A stretch of DNA of 63,341 bases, filler included, from Atractiella rhizophila (Eukaryota), in NCBI GenBank assembly GCA_021432655.1. It is 10 parts of 10 records of this genome, joined end to end, with 100 filler letters (N's around TTAATTAATTAA, not from the genome) between each part and the next. Parts side by side here need not be neighbours in the genome. Positions count along the whole stretch, not along the records: positions 56,688 to 63,341 come from MU272281.1; 9 more parts are not named here. One strand, 5' to 3'. Numbering within the stretch: the stretch's first letter is position 1; every line of letters starts with the position of its first letter. Below the pieces are notes generated by a model that was not told the DNA's origin, searched no databases, and was given only the letters and a program-made list of their open reading frames with translations. Shown here piece by piece: positions 60,196 to 63,341 of the stretch. Made by a program: the position numbers and the translations under genes.

Positions 60196-62851
60196 TGTGC
60201 TCGGTAATTGGACCTGTTATCCTTGGTGTGAACTAGCACAGGAGGCAAGAGCTGTCCGTTCGCTAAAATTTTAGGCTCCGGGCGATCCCGCCGCTCCATG
60301 CCATGCCATCTCTTTTCTTTTTCAATGACGACAACTCCAACCTGAACGAGTTCTAATTGCCAATGATAGAGAACACTGCTTTATGACTTGACATGTTGAT
60401 TTTTCTCCACTAGCTACAAGACATCTGTCCTGCAAAAGAGCTGCCCTGTCCGGCACGGTATGTCATGGCAAATTTTAGGAGTATTAGTAAATTTCACTTG
60501 TCTCTGGCTTGTACTTCAACAGGTAGAGAATTGTGTCCCCCTTCTTGAATTGTTCCATTGATGCATTGTAAATAAGGTGAAAGCAAGAACCCGACCATAA
60601 ACATGATTGTGTTGTATCTGCTGTGTCAAGCTTTTGAAGGAGAAAGGAGATAAGCAGATATTAAATCTAGATGTTTTGTTGCCTTACTATCAGCCTGTCA
60701 GCAAAGTCTGAAGGTATAAGAACGTGCTATCTCCATCATAGACCTGAATGCATGGTAGAGCAATGTCGCAGAAAGCACGTATAATTACAATTTCAACAAG
60801 AAGACAACCTTGGAGGATGGCTGAGCCATCCACTCCAAATGGTATGGTCATTTGGCCTTTCACAACAGCACTAATGCCAGTGAACATCGTTAGTTGAACA
60901 TTCCGAAAGTGACAAAGAAGAGGAGAGAAGAAGCCAACCAGCAGAGAGTACAACCACCTCGATTATTCCATCCAGAAGGACTCGAAGCTCACTTCGTAGT
61001 GTGTGCCTATATCAGATGATTTACATGCAGTAACATTTGCATGCAGATGCGTCATGAGATTCCAGAGTCTGCCAGGCCAGCTCTCTGGGACCAGATTGAT
61101 GTGCTATGAAAAGGGTTAAAATGGAAGTGCTTGAAGAAGAAGATCTTGAGCAGATTCCAGATCCTCCTCATCCTCCACGACACACACGTAACTTGACCAT
61201 CACCGTTTCTCGGTCAATTCGTGCTCTTGGAGGAGCCGAATTTACTTTTGGGCCGTCAATGAAGAGCTCAGATCTAATGTTGCTGCTCCTGTGCTTTGCG
61301 GTGAGCAGGCTTACTCTCATTTTTTCCACTACGCTAACGTCATTGTTCCGAATGAGAGCAACCTAATGATACAGCGACAAGAAGACCAGATTGCTCTACA
61401 CATTAATGTTCAAGAAGGCAGGTACCTTTGTAAGGCTCCATATGGCTCATCATGTGTGGGTTCAGCACCAGTAGCCAAACTTCCCTTTCACCTACAAGAA
61501 AAAGAGTTGGCTGCGCATTGCGTTGCATTTTTTGCTGTTGATGGTAGCGCGCCTCAGCTCGGCAATACAGCGGAGTTTGGGGTCCCTCAGATTCGATCAT
61601 GAGGGATAGTTTCTTGAAACGATGAGATTTTGTTGGGATCAACTGATCAACCTGGAACTTCTCAAGTTCCAGCTCAGCGCTCAGCTTCGAATACCAAGGG
61701 TTCGAGTACCAAGGGAGAAGCTGGTGAATGTGTTATCTGGGGCACTTGTTCGATTCGGGGTTGCATCACTGAGAGCTTTTAGTTTACTCAGATGAATGGA
61801 AGCCAATACCAACCCGAGTTAGATTCCGCTAAGATCAAGGTGATCACTCACACCTACAGTTTGATTCAAGGGTGTGAATACCATCTCTGCAAATATCAGA
61901 GCAATTTTGAGGAGCTCCAGAAGATAGAGCTCTTTCCCAAATTCAAGACGATGAATTGAGGGCTGATCCTGATCCAAGCTGCTGCTGATTATCACTGAAA
62001 GCCTTTTGAGCTGTTGTATTCACTCGGACAAAGTTGGGCTCCCTTCAATGCTTTCAATACTTTCAACCTCTGCTCAGCAACATGGGTGAGATCACAATGG
62101 TTTCGGAGTAGTGATCGAGTGATCTTGCACCATTCTTGCTGCAGGGTGAGTTGGACTGCTACTACTTAAGCTGTGACCTGTCCTCATTCTGGAAATCAGT
62201 TGTACGCAAATCCTCGCCAAAACTGAGGCTTTTTGAGCTGGCGGAGCAGCCACTTTCGCAAAACCCTCGGGGCGACCAGTTTGTCCTGAATTTCCTCCAT
62301 TTTTCATTTGCACCAAAATTACATTGACCAGCGCCATCCAGAGTTAGCTTCCTCCCGGTTCAGAGATCGCCTCCGAAAGTCCATGAGAAACTCTGCAAAC
62401 TAGGTGATAGCGTCCTTGTCGAATAGCGTTTACATTTCAAACTGCAAGGGTTCCACCGAGGTTGTTGAAGGATACGGCTTGTGTATTTCTCTCTTTTGAG
62501 CCCTATGATGCAGGTTTTGGAGTGGCGACCGAATGATCCCTCATTGCCTTTTCTTCCTGCAGACTGCAGAGGAATCAGGCGTCATTGTCTCTCTAGTCTC
62601 AAAGGTCACACTCTCCCACGTTTACCAAAGATGAATCATTTTGATGGAACGAACAACAATCAACAGGTCGACCTGGAGCATCTAAGAACCCTGTTCCTCA
62701 AGCTCCACCGACTTCTAATCCCCTCACCAATCCCAACTTTCTTGAGCAATTCCCAGTTGATGGTTAACATGAGGATGCAACGAGCTCGGCAAAGCGGACT
62801 GTCGAATGTTGATGTGGGCCATTGATGTGATGTGCTCAGCAGAATGCACTA

Positions 62852-63341
62852 ATGAACTCTGACATGGCTGGTCTCCTCAGGATGATGCGGCAAGTGGCGA
62901 AACAGGGGGGTGGAGGAGGAGGAAATGCTGGTCCTGGTTTGGGTGGAGGGCAGCAACAGATGACCACTAACGACAGAACGCAATGTTTCATGCATTGGAT
63001 GGCCAATAACAGTCAAATGCCCCTCCTCTCAGTCAGGATCAGCTCAATGCTCTCACAGCTTTCGGCGCCTTGCCGAGTGACGAGAGTTTCCCAATCTCAA
63101 CAGCAGAGGTAACGATTTTCCACATCCTCCTCAAAATAACCCAAACGATAATTTCCTCAACAACCTTCTCCTGGGGCTTCCTTGAACTCGCAACTGCCGC
63201 TTCAACAACATCAGAACAAGCCACCGCTCGCAAATCAAATCAAACAGCAACTTGCATATATCTTAGGACCTGCCAAGGAGGGGAAGTTGAGTAAAGAACA
63301 AGCACATAGTTTGGCCGAGAGGTTGAAGAGGACTGGAGGGG
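62852..63341 (+). pseudogene. Degenerate inverted copy of the 5' region of the ARID gene
   Basis: 63260-63341 matches the reverse complement of 33871-33952 with 5 mismatches in 82 nt; upstream Q/G/N-rich reading is split across frames. Confidence 0.75.

Noticed and set aside
60600..62100. Fragmentary ORFs suggesting a decayed gene or element
   Set aside because: Multiple stops and no motif I can assign to a family

Overview
Eukaryotic, intron-rich DNA, most likely from a basidiomycete fungus (inferred from ~50-60 nt GT-AG introns and the gene families present). It is a draft scaffold broken by ten N-gaps, nine of them carrying an artificial TTAATTAATTAA linker. Recognisable genes: NAD(P)-binding epimerase/dehydratase, Trk K+ transporter, F-box/LRR-like gene, GH55 beta-1,3-glucanase, a compact block (ENT nucleoside transporter, mitochondrial carrier, mitochondrial tRNA 2-thiouridylase SLM3/MTU1, SCY1/CEX1-like), intron-containing tRNA-Val(CAC), an ARID-domain protein with a Med15-like segment, an RGG-rich gene, an F-box plus nucleotidyltransferase-like gene, SEC5, a heme peroxidase, a CBM21 protein and a BTB protein. 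Between them lie decayed CACTA-like, hAT and Helitron remnants, MITE-like elements and a patatin-NTPase (NLR-like) pseudogene. Most notable: a highly structured 332-nt intron in the nucleoside transporter gene, a 2,070-bp tandem duplication creating an in-frame GH55/F-box chimera, a second 1.4-kb tandem duplication, tail-to-tail overlapping CDSs, and an inverted degenerate copy of the ARID gene at the window end. All calls come from manual reading and motif recognition; exon boundaries are approximate and no searches were run.
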